Positions 1-7,239 of a DNA stretch of 17,692 nucleotides are shown in pieces; the stretch's first letter is position 1, and each line of letters starts with the position of its first letter. The notes below the pieces were generated by a model that was not told the DNA's origin, did not search any database, and saw nothing but the letters and a program-made list of their open reading frames with translations. The DNA is from Silvanigrellaceae bacterium (lineage in GTDB: Bacteria > Bdellovibrionota_B > Oligoflexia > Silvanigrellales > Silvanigrellaceae): positions 1 through 17,692 of the forward strand of contig JBMSQQ010000070.1 of assembly GCA_049423385.1 (NCBI GenBank). Reading direction: 5' to 3'. Position numbers and translations under genes: made by a program.

Positions 1-464
1 CGGCCAAAGACCTTGGAACCGGCAAGGAACAAAAGATCACAGTGACGAGCTCTTCAGGTTTGTCCGAGTCTGAAATCAAGCGCATGGTCGACGATGCGCA
101 AGTACATGCCTCGCAAGACAAAGAGCGCCGTGAAGTGATTGACGCCAAGAACAAACTTGATGGTCTTGTCTTCCAGGTGGAAAAAACCATCCGTGAAAAC
201 GAAAGCAAGATTCCCGCGGAAATGAAGGCTGGATTGACCTCAGAAATTGAAGCTGCGCGCAAGGTTCTTGAAACACAATCCGAGGACAAAGCGGCTCTTG
301 ACGCTGCTGCAACTGCGCTCGAGCAGAAGGCCTACAAATTGGCGGAAGAAATGTACAAGTCCACGTCGGCAGAAGGCCCTGATGCGGGTCCAACCCCAGG
401 TGCAGGTTCAACCGGCGGCGCCAAGAAGGACGGCGTTGTGGACGCAGAGTTCGAGTCAAATTGA
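1..464 (+). CDS. dnaK: Molecular chaperone DnaK (Hsp70), C-terminal part; 5' end lies outside the window
   Basis: The frame is open from position 3: AKDLGTGKEQKITVTSSSGLSESEIKRMVDDAQVHASQDKERREVIDAKNKLDGLVFQVEK, ending VVDAEFESN. This is the typical DnaK substrate-binding/lid region and acidic tail. Tandem TGA TGA stops at 462-467. Confidence 0.97.
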   Translation, partial: AKDLGTGKEQKITVTSSSGLSESEIKRMVDDAQVHASQDKERREVIDAKNKLDGLVFQVEKTIRENESKIPAEMKAGLTSEIEAARKVLETQSEDKAALDAAATALEQKAYKLAEEMYKSTSAEGPDAGPTPGAGSTGGAKKDGVVDAEFESN

Positions 465-538
465 TGATTTAGGTCGTCAGTTTCCTTCTCATTATGTATG
501 TAGGAGCGGGAAACTTGAATTCTGGAACCAGTTTTATC

Positions 539-570
539 GGGTCGCGCAAGAGGCGCGGCCCTTTTTTTTT
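539..570 (+). terminator. Rho-independent terminator of dnaK
   Basis: GGGTCGCGC-AAGAG-GCGCGGCCC, a 9-bp stem with one G-U pair, followed by 9 T (562-570). Confidence 0.92.
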
Positions 571-586
571 ATGGCGAAAATTCAAG

Positions 587-616
587 TTGACACGATAAAG
601 TGCATACGAGTAATGT
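587..616 (+). promoter_or_regulatory. Putative sigma70-type promoter for 668..1645
   Basis: Perfect TTGACA (587-592), 18-nt spacer, TAATGT (611-616). It lies just after the dnaK terminator. An AGGGG SD-like sequence precedes ATG 668. Confidence 0.55.
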
Positions 617-667
617 TCTGGCCAGTAACTCAAAATCAACAGCAACAGTGCGCTCAGGGGACGCGAT

Positions 668-1645
668 ATGCGTAAGGCCAGCGAAGTTCAACGGTTTCCT
701 CATTCCGCGGTTTTGTTCAAGTTTTGTCTCCGTGTCCTCGAGACCCGTCGGACAGACTCCAAAGTCCATGACCAGGATGTGGGCAATATCCTTGATTATA
801 ATCCAAGCGACACGAGTCACTGGAAGCGTGGCAAGAAGGCTGTTCGCAGCATCTTTGCACTTGAAGCGCTCTCGCGTGAGCTCGATGTTGATGTTGAGCT
901 CATTGAAGACATCGCAAGCGGTGCACTCGATTTCGACGAAGCATGGTTTGATTTCTGTGAGTCCGAAGAAGAGTCTCGCTTGAGCAAAACGCAAGCTGGA
1001 CTGACGTTCTCAAAGGTGCGTCGTGACAGGCAGCTTGTTCTCGAGCAAGTCGCCCAGGCACTGACGACTCGTGCGGGTACAGCAAGTGTTCCGGTGTTTT
1101 TGCCTGAATTGCTCAATGCCGTTCCCTTCATTCAAACAGTTCAGGCAGAGATGACCGATAGGCTTGCTCGCAGCAATCGCGTCAAGCCAGGTCAGTACGT
1201 GATTCGTTACCGGAAAGGCGACCTCACGGCGCACATCCGCTGTGCGATTGCCCGCGAAGTTGCACGGATCATTCTGATTTCAGAGCGCGAGCAGTTCAAT
1301 CTTCCTCCCCGGACGGAAGAGACCGCCACGACAGAAATCATCGACCTTGCCAACGCATTGTTGGTGCCGTCAGAACTGTTGAAGGCCGAGCTGACCAAAG
1401 TCCCGGCGAGGGCAAACATGGTTCAGTATCTGTCGGACTTGTTCTGGGTTCCAAAGGTTGTGGTGCGGAGTCGCCTCGTTACTTTGCTCATGAAAGATGC
1501 AGTTGATGCGGTCTTCCAGGCGCCGACCATGTCGATGCCTCCGAAGCGTCCGATGATGGCAGTCAATTCGGAGGCATATTTGTCTGAAGACGATGCTCCA
1601 TTTGGCAGCGGCGCTGACTTCGGCGAACAAGGTGGCCTGCAATAA
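668..1645 (+). CDS. Putative transcriptional regulator: N-terminal XRE-like HTH plus degenerate ImmA/IrrE (peptidase M78-like) domain
   Basis: HTH-like segment DQDVGNILDYNPSDTSHWKRGKK..ALEALSRELDVDVELI. The C-terminal pattern YVIRYRKG..HIRCAIAREVARIIL..DLANALLVPSELL..LSDLFWVPKVVVRSRL parallels IrrE-family R.RFTIAHELGH..FA..LLMP..LA..F.VS..A...RL. It has its own promoter candidate, SD and terminator. Confidence 0.7.
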   Translation: MRKASEVQRFPHSAVLFKFCLRVLETRRTDSKVHDQDVGNILDYNPSDTSHWKRGKKAVRSIFALEALSRELDVDVELIEDIASGALDFDEAWFDFCESEEESRLSKTQAGLTFSKVRRDRQLVLEQVAQALTTRAGTASVPVFLPELLNAVPFIQTVQAEMTDRLARSNRVKPGQYVIRYRKGDLTAHIRCAIAREVARIILISEREQFNLPPRTEETATTEIIDLANALLVPSELLKAELTKVPARANMVQYLSDLFWVPKVVVRSRLVTLLMKDAVDAVFQAPTMSMPPKRPMMAVNSEAYLSEDDAPFGSGADFGEQGGLQ

Positions 1646-1666
1646 ACCCAGAATTCTCCATTTTGG

Positions 1667-1700
1667 AAAGGCCGATACACTTCGTATCGGCCTTTTTGTT
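1667..1700 (+). terminator. Rho-independent terminator
   Basis: AAAGGCCGATAC-ACTTC-GTATCGGCCTTT is a perfect 12-bp inverted repeat running into TTTTTGTT, 21 nt after the 1645 stop. Confidence 0.9.
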
Positions 1701-1789
1701 GCAATTTATCGGTAAAAGTGAGTAATGATAATCCACTTGCAGTCATAACTGGCTAATCGTCCCAACGTCGAAGCAGAGGGGAATCGAAG

Positions 1790-2368
1790 GTGCATATCAA
1801 ATCATCCTTCAAATCGTTTGATCCTTCACAATCCACACTTTCAGCCAGCCTCAAACCTCGTCGGGGCTCCGATGACGACGATGATGGCGACTTCGATGAC
1901 GATGACTTTTCGGATGATGAAGATGAGGATGAAGATGGTGGTGGTGCTGCCAGTGCTGGGATTGCAATTGACCCCGAAAGTGCCAAGCCCAAAACCCTCA
2001 CCCGCAAGGAAGCCATTGAGATTCTCCAGTCGACCCGTGATTTCGCCGGTGTCGATTTGCGCAAGGCGAACCTCACGAAGCTCGATTTCTCAAACTGCAG
2101 TTTTGCAGGTGCGAACCTTTCGTACGTCAATTTCAAGGATTCCAATCTTGAGGGATGCGATTTTTCGGAGTCGAGCCTTTGGAACGCCAATCTTGAGGGA
2201 GCGAACCTGACGCGCGCCAATCTTGAAGATGCCGACCTCGACTACACCAAATTGCGCGGAGCTGTTTTATATCGGGCCAACATTCGACGCGCCCAATTGC
2301 CAACCGATTTGATTCCGCGTGACGAGATTATGCGGTCGGTCAATGAAGGCACCAAAATCAGCCGCTGA
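1790..2368 (+). CDS. Pentapeptide repeat protein with an N-terminal Asp/Glu-rich tract
   Basis: About 18 tandem A(D/N)Lxx-type repeats (RDFAG VDLRK ANLTK LDFSN CSFAG ANLSY VNFKD SNLEG CDFSE SSLWN ANLEG ANLTR ANLED ADLDY ...). GTG start with a purine-rich GAGGGG upstream. Confidence 0.9.
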   Translation: MHIKSSFKSFDPSQSTLSASLKPRRGSDDDDDGDFDDDDFSDDEDEDEDGGGAASAGIAIDPESAKPKTLTRKEAIEILQSTRDFAGVDLRKANLTKLDFSNCSFAGANLSYVNFKDSNLEGCDFSESSLWNANLEGANLTRANLEDADLDYTKLRGAVLYRANIRRAQLPTDLIPRDEIMRSVNEGTKISR

Positions 2369-2400
2369 TTGGAAAGACAAAATCGACGATTGTTCCTGAG

Positions 2401-2437
2401 TCGCGACGTTGGGCATCCACGTTGCGATTTTGCTTTC
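2401..2437 (+). terminator. Probable terminator between convergent genes
   Basis: TCGCGACGT (2401-2409) pairs with ACGTTGCGA (2419-2427), followed by TTTTGCTTTC. Confidence 0.55.
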
Positions 2438-2942
2438 AATATTTTGCTTCCGGTTTGCAATCAGCGCTTTTCAAATTCCAGACTGCCTGAGGTTCAAGGC
2501 AGATGTATTTTTTCAAACTTCTCCACGCATCGCTTTCGTTGATACCGCGAAATTTCTTACCATTGTAGGCACAACTGGTAGGATAGATGTCTTCGGTAAT
2601 CACGTCATCATCCGGAAAACAATAGTCGGCTTGGCAACGGACTCTAGACTCGTCGTATTTTCTTTTTTGCTGATCCACGTACTTTCTCAGAAATGTACGA
2701 GCCTGTGATTCGTCTTTTCCTTTGGCGACGATGTCCTCGAGAAGGCAGACGTGCGGCTGATTGACTTTTGGTTGCGTTGGTTGATTCCTGGATGGATCTT
2801 GAGCTGTTTCTGCTGCCAATCGATCACATGTACTGCAATCAACGGATTTCATGTTTGCGGCAGGAAGTAGATAGTCAGTAGATGCACAAGCCGATGCGGT
2901 CAGCATCAATAAAATCAATAGCCGCTGGCACAAAAGATTCAT
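2436..2942 (-). CDS. Hypothetical Cys-rich lipoprotein with an internal two-copy repeat
   Basis: Signal peptide RLLILLMLTASA-C19 (lipobox-like), 8 further Cys downstream, and an ATGA overlap with the metG stop. Confidence 0.75.
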   Translation of the reverse strand: MNLLCQRLLILLMLTASACASTDYLLPAANMKSVDCSTCDRLAAETAQDPSRNQPTQPKVNQPHVCLLEDIVAKGKDESQARTFLRKYVDQQKRKYDESRVRCQADYCFPDDDVITEDIYPTSCAYNGKKFRGINESDAWRSLKKYICLEPQAVWNLKSADCKPEAKY

Positions 2943-4942
2943 GCCAGCAGTGATCCTTCCTTGAGCTCTTCGGCCACAAACACAGGCGTGATTTTTCCCG
3001 CCTGCGAATCCGTGGAGAGAAGCATTCCTTCAGATATGCCGAATTTCATTTTGCGCGGTGCCAGGTTTGATGCAATCAGAACCTTGCGGTTGACCAGTTC
3101 TTCAGGGGTGATCCATTCACGAATTCCCGAGAAAATTTGTCGTGTGCCAAGCTCACCCAATGAGACGCGCAGGCGCAGGAGTTTGGTTGATCCTTCCACG
3201 AGTTCTGCATTGATGACAGTTCCGACACGGATTTGAACCTTGGCGAAATCTTCGATGCCAATGGTCGCATCTGCTGGTTTATCGGTTGGATTTGCACCGC
3301 CACTTTTAGGCGCGGATGGCTGTTCGGGCTTTGTCTCGCTCATCTTTTTTTCCTGCTTCGCTGTCTGCGGCTGTGTCAGGTTGGCCGGCACTTCCATACG
3401 TTGAAACAAACGCGGGATTTCGTTGAGCTTGAAACCCGATCGAATGGAGTGGAATTCCCGAGCGCGACCCAAAGAGTTGTCCATTGATCTGGTGTCTTCG
3501 CCAATCGCGTTGAGTAGTTCTGTCATCCGTTCTGGGAAGTATGCAGCAGCCAAATAGCCAACTGACCTGATCACAGCCGTGCTGTGGGCGAGAACATTGG
3601 CAAGCCGCGCACGCGAAGCGCCGTCTGAATGCTTGCCCAATTCCCACGGTTTTTGTGTGGCAATGTACTTGTCGGTTTGGGCAATCAACTCCCAAATTTG
3701 ATTGAGGGCGTCGGCCAGCCTGAATTCGTCGAACGCAGTTTCCACAGCTTCAGGCAATTTGAGTGCAGTTTCAACAAGTCTCTTTTCGTCTTCAATTTGA
3801 TGCGAGAGTTGGAATTGCGGGATCACGCCATCGAAGTATTTCTCAACCATCACGAGTGTGCGCGAGGCCAGATTGCCGATTCCATTGGCCAGATCAGCAT
3901 TGTATCTCTCAATAATCGTCTTGATTGTGAGGTCGACGTCCTCGCCTGGATTTGCCAAACGGAATGCGGAATTGATGAATGCGTCTTTACCCAAAGGCAA
4001 GAGATCTGCAGGCGAGATAACATTACCGAGGCTCTTGGACATTTTGTGGCCACCCGAAAGAAGCCAACCGGTGACGCAGAGCTTTGAAACCGGAAGATCG
4101 AGGGACAACAGGATTGCTGGCCAGAACAAGCCATGGAATTTGAGAATGTCGCGCCCAATCACATGCGTCGCATTCAGCCAGAAAGGACTGTTGCGAGCGG
4201 CCTGAACTCCGCCCACGCCAGTCACGTAATTTGGGAGAGCATCAAACCAGACGTAGGCAACATGGTTCGGATCAAATGGCAATTCAATGCCCCAGCTGGT
4301 GCGCGATTTTGGTCGCGAAATGCTCAGGTCGCCTTCAAAAGTTTCGCAGAGCCCCAGCAATTCATTGATGTAGCGTCGCTGGGTGACAATCCGTCCATTG
4401 CGGACGAGTTCGGTGATCTGCGGCAGATATTTTTGCACGCGGAAGTAGTAATTCCCTTCCTTTCGCAATTCAGTGGGCCGCTTGTGGACAAGGCAGTTGT
4501 TGTTTTCGTCCATTTCCTTTTGAGTGAGGAATGCTTCGCAGCCAACGCAGTAGCGTCCTTCATGCTCGCCAAAGTAAATGTCGCCCTTGTCGTGACAATG
4601 CTTGAGAATCTGCTTGACGTTTTCCTTGTGCTCGGTGCTGGTTGTGCGCATGAAAACATCATAAGAAAGCGTGAACTGCGAAAAAATTTCCTTCCATTTG
4701 ACCGCAAGTTCGTCGACCAGTTTTTGCGTCGGTTTACCCTGTGCCTTGGCGGTTTCCTCGATTTTTTCTCCGTGCTCGTCCATTCCCGTCAGGGTTCGCG
4801 TGTCCATGCCGCGGTGTCGATAGTGCTGACTCAGGATGTTCATCAAAATCGTTGCGTAAACATGGCCTGCATGAGGCTCGCCTGAGGCATAATAGATCGG
4901 AGTGGTGAAGTATCTTGATTCTTTTTTCATGACAGGCCTCAC
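2939..4942 (-). CDS. metG: Methionine--tRNA ligase with C-terminal tRNA-binding (Trbp111/EMAP-like OB) domain
   Basis: TTPIYYASGEPHAGH (HIGH motif), TGMDEHGEKI, Zn knuckle YCVGCEAF..CLVH, YVWFDALPNY, KMSKSLGN, and C-terminal IGIEDFAKVQIRVG..NLAPRKMKFGISEGMLL. Start is GTG 4942 (GTGA overlap with the upstream stop) or ATG 4930. Confidence 0.98.
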   Translation of the reverse strand: MRPVMKKESRYFTTPIYYASGEPHAGHVYATILMNILSQHYRHRGMDTRTLTGMDEHGEKIEETAKAQGKPTQKLVDELAVKWKEIFSQFTLSYDVFMRTTSTEHKENVKQILKHCHDKGDIYFGEHEGRYCVGCEAFLTQKEMDENNNCLVHKRPTELRKEGNYYFRVQKYLPQITELVRNGRIVTQRRYINELLGLCETFEGDLSISRPKSRTSWGIELPFDPNHVAYVWFDALPNYVTGVGGVQAARNSPFWLNATHVIGRDILKFHGLFWPAILLSLDLPVSKLCVTGWLLSGGHKMSKSLGNVISPADLLPLGKDAFINSAFRLANPGEDVDLTIKTIIERYNADLANGIGNLASRTLVMVEKYFDGVIPQFQLSHQIEDEKRLVETALKLPEAVETAFDEFRLADALNQIWELIAQTDKYIATQKPWELGKHSDGASRARLANVLAHSTAVIRSVGYLAAAYFPERMTELLNAIGEDTRSMDNSLGRAREFHSIRSGFKLNEIPRLFQRMEVPANLTQPQTAKQEKKMSETKPEQPSAPKSGGANPTDKPADATIGIEDFAKVQIRVGTVINAELVEGSTKLLRLRVSLGELGTRQIFSGIREWITPEELVNRKVLIASNLAPRKMKFGISEGMLLSTDSQAGKITPVFVAEELKEGSLLA

Positions 4943-6792
4943 AGGGACTTTTGCTTGAGCTGAGCCCAGAAGTCCGCAGATGATGAGAGGAGGTTTTTGA
5001 TCGCGGTATATTCGGAAGAAGTCACTGGAAGATCCAGGTAACGCCTCGTGGCGGAAATGTCTCGTTTGGTTCTTTCGGCCTTGATTCCTGTTGCTGCCAA
5101 TGCTTTGTTTTCAAGCAGCTGTTTGGCCTTCAGCGAGTATACTTCGAGCAAAGCTTCCGTTTCTGTCCGAAGGCTCCAGTCGGGCAGGGCGCCAATCAGC
5201 TTCTCCAGCGATTGGGCGACGAGTAGCACTGCTGCAAGTTGAGTTGCTGCTGGAACATCACTTTTGTCGAAATCCCTGTTGAGCCACTCTTCCGAAAGCT
5301 GCATTGCTGTTTGCAAAACTCTCAGGCCACAGCGTGAATCAACATGGCGCGATGCAATGCAAGCGAATGGACGGTCATTTGTGATCGATGGATGATCATA
5401 CTGAAGTTGTGACCAACTCAGACGTTCAACTTCCACGCCAATTTCCTTTGAATCGCGGAGTCTCCAGGCGATCTCTGTTTCCGGGCGTGTGGGACGTAAG
5501 CCTTCGTACACTGCGCTGTCGACGTATATCCAATCAACAGCCACAGGTGCGGAATCCAGGTTTGCGCCTGTCTGCGCACCTGCCGGCACGGAAGGCTGTT
5601 GACACGCATAGAGGCCTGTTCTTTGTTTTGGAAACGCACTGCTGCGCAAACTCTGGCCTGTTGGAACGGAGATTTCTTCCTTGGTGCCGCTGAGTGTTGC
5701 AAGGCTCAGGCGATGCGCAGTCATCAAGCCATCATCTGATTCAATGACGTGCACGGAATCAGGCCAACTGGATGGCAGAATGGCAACCACGGAATTGAAT
5801 CGAGTTTTCTGATAGCTCTTGTGACGGGCATTCAGGCAGATGAGCTCAGATGACAGTGGTTTTTGGAGAAATCTTTCATCGTGTGAAGCACGCCACAAAA
5901 GGCAATGCCCTGCTTTTTCGTCTCCGAACAATTCCAAAGATTGAGATTGAGTGGAACCCATCGGATGGCAAGTTGGTACTGTTGAAAGTGGACTCGCTGC
6001 CGCCGCCGCTGCTGCCGCCGCGGCTCCAACCTTGCGCGGCAGTTGTTTGGGTAAAGCAGAATCTTGCGTGATGCTTTTGATCGGTGAGCTGCACTTGGTG
6101 AACGGGCTGGGTTCAGTCAGCGAGGCGAAGGGTTTTTTCGGCTGCGCCTTGTTCCAACACTTGAGTCCACCAAATTCAATAATCGTTGCAGCATTGTCGA
6201 AATGAAGAGTCCAGGCCGTGGAAAAAATTTCCGGAGACCACGGCTTTTGAGTTCCGAGTCCACGCAATCCTTGTTGAATGGAAAGCGGCGGCGTGAATTC
6301 TCGAGCAGTTTCCACCCGACGCGGGCTCCTCAATTCGATCCACTCCGCCGTGTCAGTTCCAGACAGGATGGGTGGGACTTTTTGGTCGAGTTCGCCCGCG
6401 AGGAAGCCCAGTCTGCCGAAATTCTCGAAAAAAAAGTTTTCGGGAACCTTGTGAGCCTTTCGGAAAGGAAAAAGCCTGCCGATGGTTCTTGGAATCGCCT
6501 GTTCGAGAAGGTTCGGCAGATCATTTTTTGCGAAGTTGAGTCGCTGTGACCGATCTTCAAAAAGTTTGACCAGTGCGGTGACAATCTCGTTGGAATTGGA
6601 GTCGCCGGAGTTGCGACCCCAGCGCAATTGAGGCGAAAATGAAGCCACCATGCTGCCTTCATCTGTCGTGCCTGTCTTTTTTTCCGATGCAGCGGTGGCG
6701 GCGGACTCGGGTAAGCAAAACAAGTACACCCCGGCCACAAGTGTGGTCAGGGCGAAAGGTTTGCTGGAACGGAGGAAAATTCTAGGACGCAT
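4939..6792 (-). CDS. Hypothetical exported protein (617 aa)
   Basis: Long ORF filling the space between rpoZ (21-nt gap) and metG (4-nt overlap). Signal-peptide-like N-terminus ending ..VYLFCLPESA/ATAA, several Cys, a 10-Ala tract. No family recognised. Confidence 0.75.
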   Translation of the reverse strand: MRPRIFLRSSKPFALTTLVAGVYLFCLPESAATAASEKKTGTTDEGSMVASFSPQLRWGRNSGDSNSNEIVTALVKLFEDRSQRLNFAKNDLPNLLEQAIPRTIGRLFPFRKAHKVPENFFFENFGRLGFLAGELDQKVPPILSGTDTAEWIELRSPRRVETAREFTPPLSIQQGLRGLGTQKPWSPEIFSTAWTLHFDNAATIIEFGGLKCWNKAQPKKPFASLTEPSPFTKCSSPIKSITQDSALPKQLPRKVGAAAAAAAAAASPLSTVPTCHPMGSTQSQSLELFGDEKAGHCLLWRASHDERFLQKPLSSELICLNARHKSYQKTRFNSVVAILPSSWPDSVHVIESDDGLMTAHRLSLATLSGTKEEISVPTGQSLRSSAFPKQRTGLYACQQPSVPAGAQTGANLDSAPVAVDWIYVDSAVYEGLRPTRPETEIAWRLRDSKEIGVEVERLSWSQLQYDHPSITNDRPFACIASRHVDSRCGLRVLQTAMQLSEEWLNRDFDKSDVPAATQLAAVLLVAQSLEKLIGALPDWSLRTETEALLEVYSLKAKQLLENKALAATGIKAERTKRDISATRRYLDLPVTSSEYTAIKNLLSSSADFWAQLKQKSL

Positions 6793-6813
6793 GCGGGCGA
6801 CCCACTGGACTGC

Positions 6814-7059
6814 TTAGTCCTTGTACTTTTTAGAAACGCGCTCGATGTTTTCCGCCAGACCAGGGATGTTTTCCATGTGGTGGATGCCGACAACGCCGGC
6901 AGCGATTTCGCGCAGTGCCGTAACAGCTTCTTTGTTTCTGCATTCGACCAGCGGGTCGCTGCCCTTTTGAAGCTGGCGCATACGACGAGCAGCCAACATG
7001 ACCACCGCAAAGCGGTTTGGAATTCTGTCGAGACAGTCCTGAATCGAAATACGTGCCAT
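6814..7059 (-). CDS. rpoZ: DNA-directed RNA polymerase subunit omega
   Basis: MARISIQDCLDRIPNRFAVVMLAARRMRQLQKGSDPLV..NKEAVTALREIAAG is the omega signature. GAGGT SD upstream of ATG. Confidence 0.97.
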   Translation of the reverse strand: MARISIQDCLDRIPNRFAVVMLAARRMRQLQKGSDPLVECRNKEAVTALREIAAGVVGIHHMENIPGLAENIERVSKKYKD

Positions 7060-7096
7060 GTCTCAGTTACCTCAAAAAAAAGCCCATATTCATCGC

Positions 7097-7125
7097 CTTC
7101 TATCGAACGCTCCGGGCCGAGTCAA
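7097..7125 (-). promoter_or_regulatory. Possible sigma70 promoter for the rpoZ operon
   Basis: Minus strand TTGACT (7125-7120), 17 nt, TAGAAG (7102-7097). The -10 box lacks the final T. Confidence 0.4.
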
Positions 7126-7239
7126 CCGGTTGTGAAGCAAATTCGAGTCCCCCCTGAGGGAGGGGTGGCTTGACACCAGGATCGTGCATCAAGTGTGCCG
7201 GCGAGGCTACACTCGCAATGGTCAAAAGGGAGACACTCC

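Noticed and set aside
1753..2220. 155-aa minus-strand ORF with poly-Ser
   Set aside because: It is the antisense mirror of the Asp-rich pentapeptide gene.
2142..2228. Direct repeats CCAATCTTGA(GGGA) at 2142, 2187 and 2217 as a possible CRISPR or DNA repeat
   Set aside because: They are short, in frame and explained by (S/A)NLE pentapeptide codons. There is no repeat-spacer architecture and no cas gene.
4133..4885. 250-aa plus-strand ORF and other ORFs antisense to metG
   Set aside because: They lie wholly opposite a clear housekeeping gene and have no recognisable motifs. They are typical antisense shadow ORFs.
7170..7213. TTGACA at 7170 as promoter for the ABC operon
   Set aside because: There is no -10-like hexamer 16-18 nt downstream. 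TACACT at 7208 is too far away and has only a weak -35 of its own.
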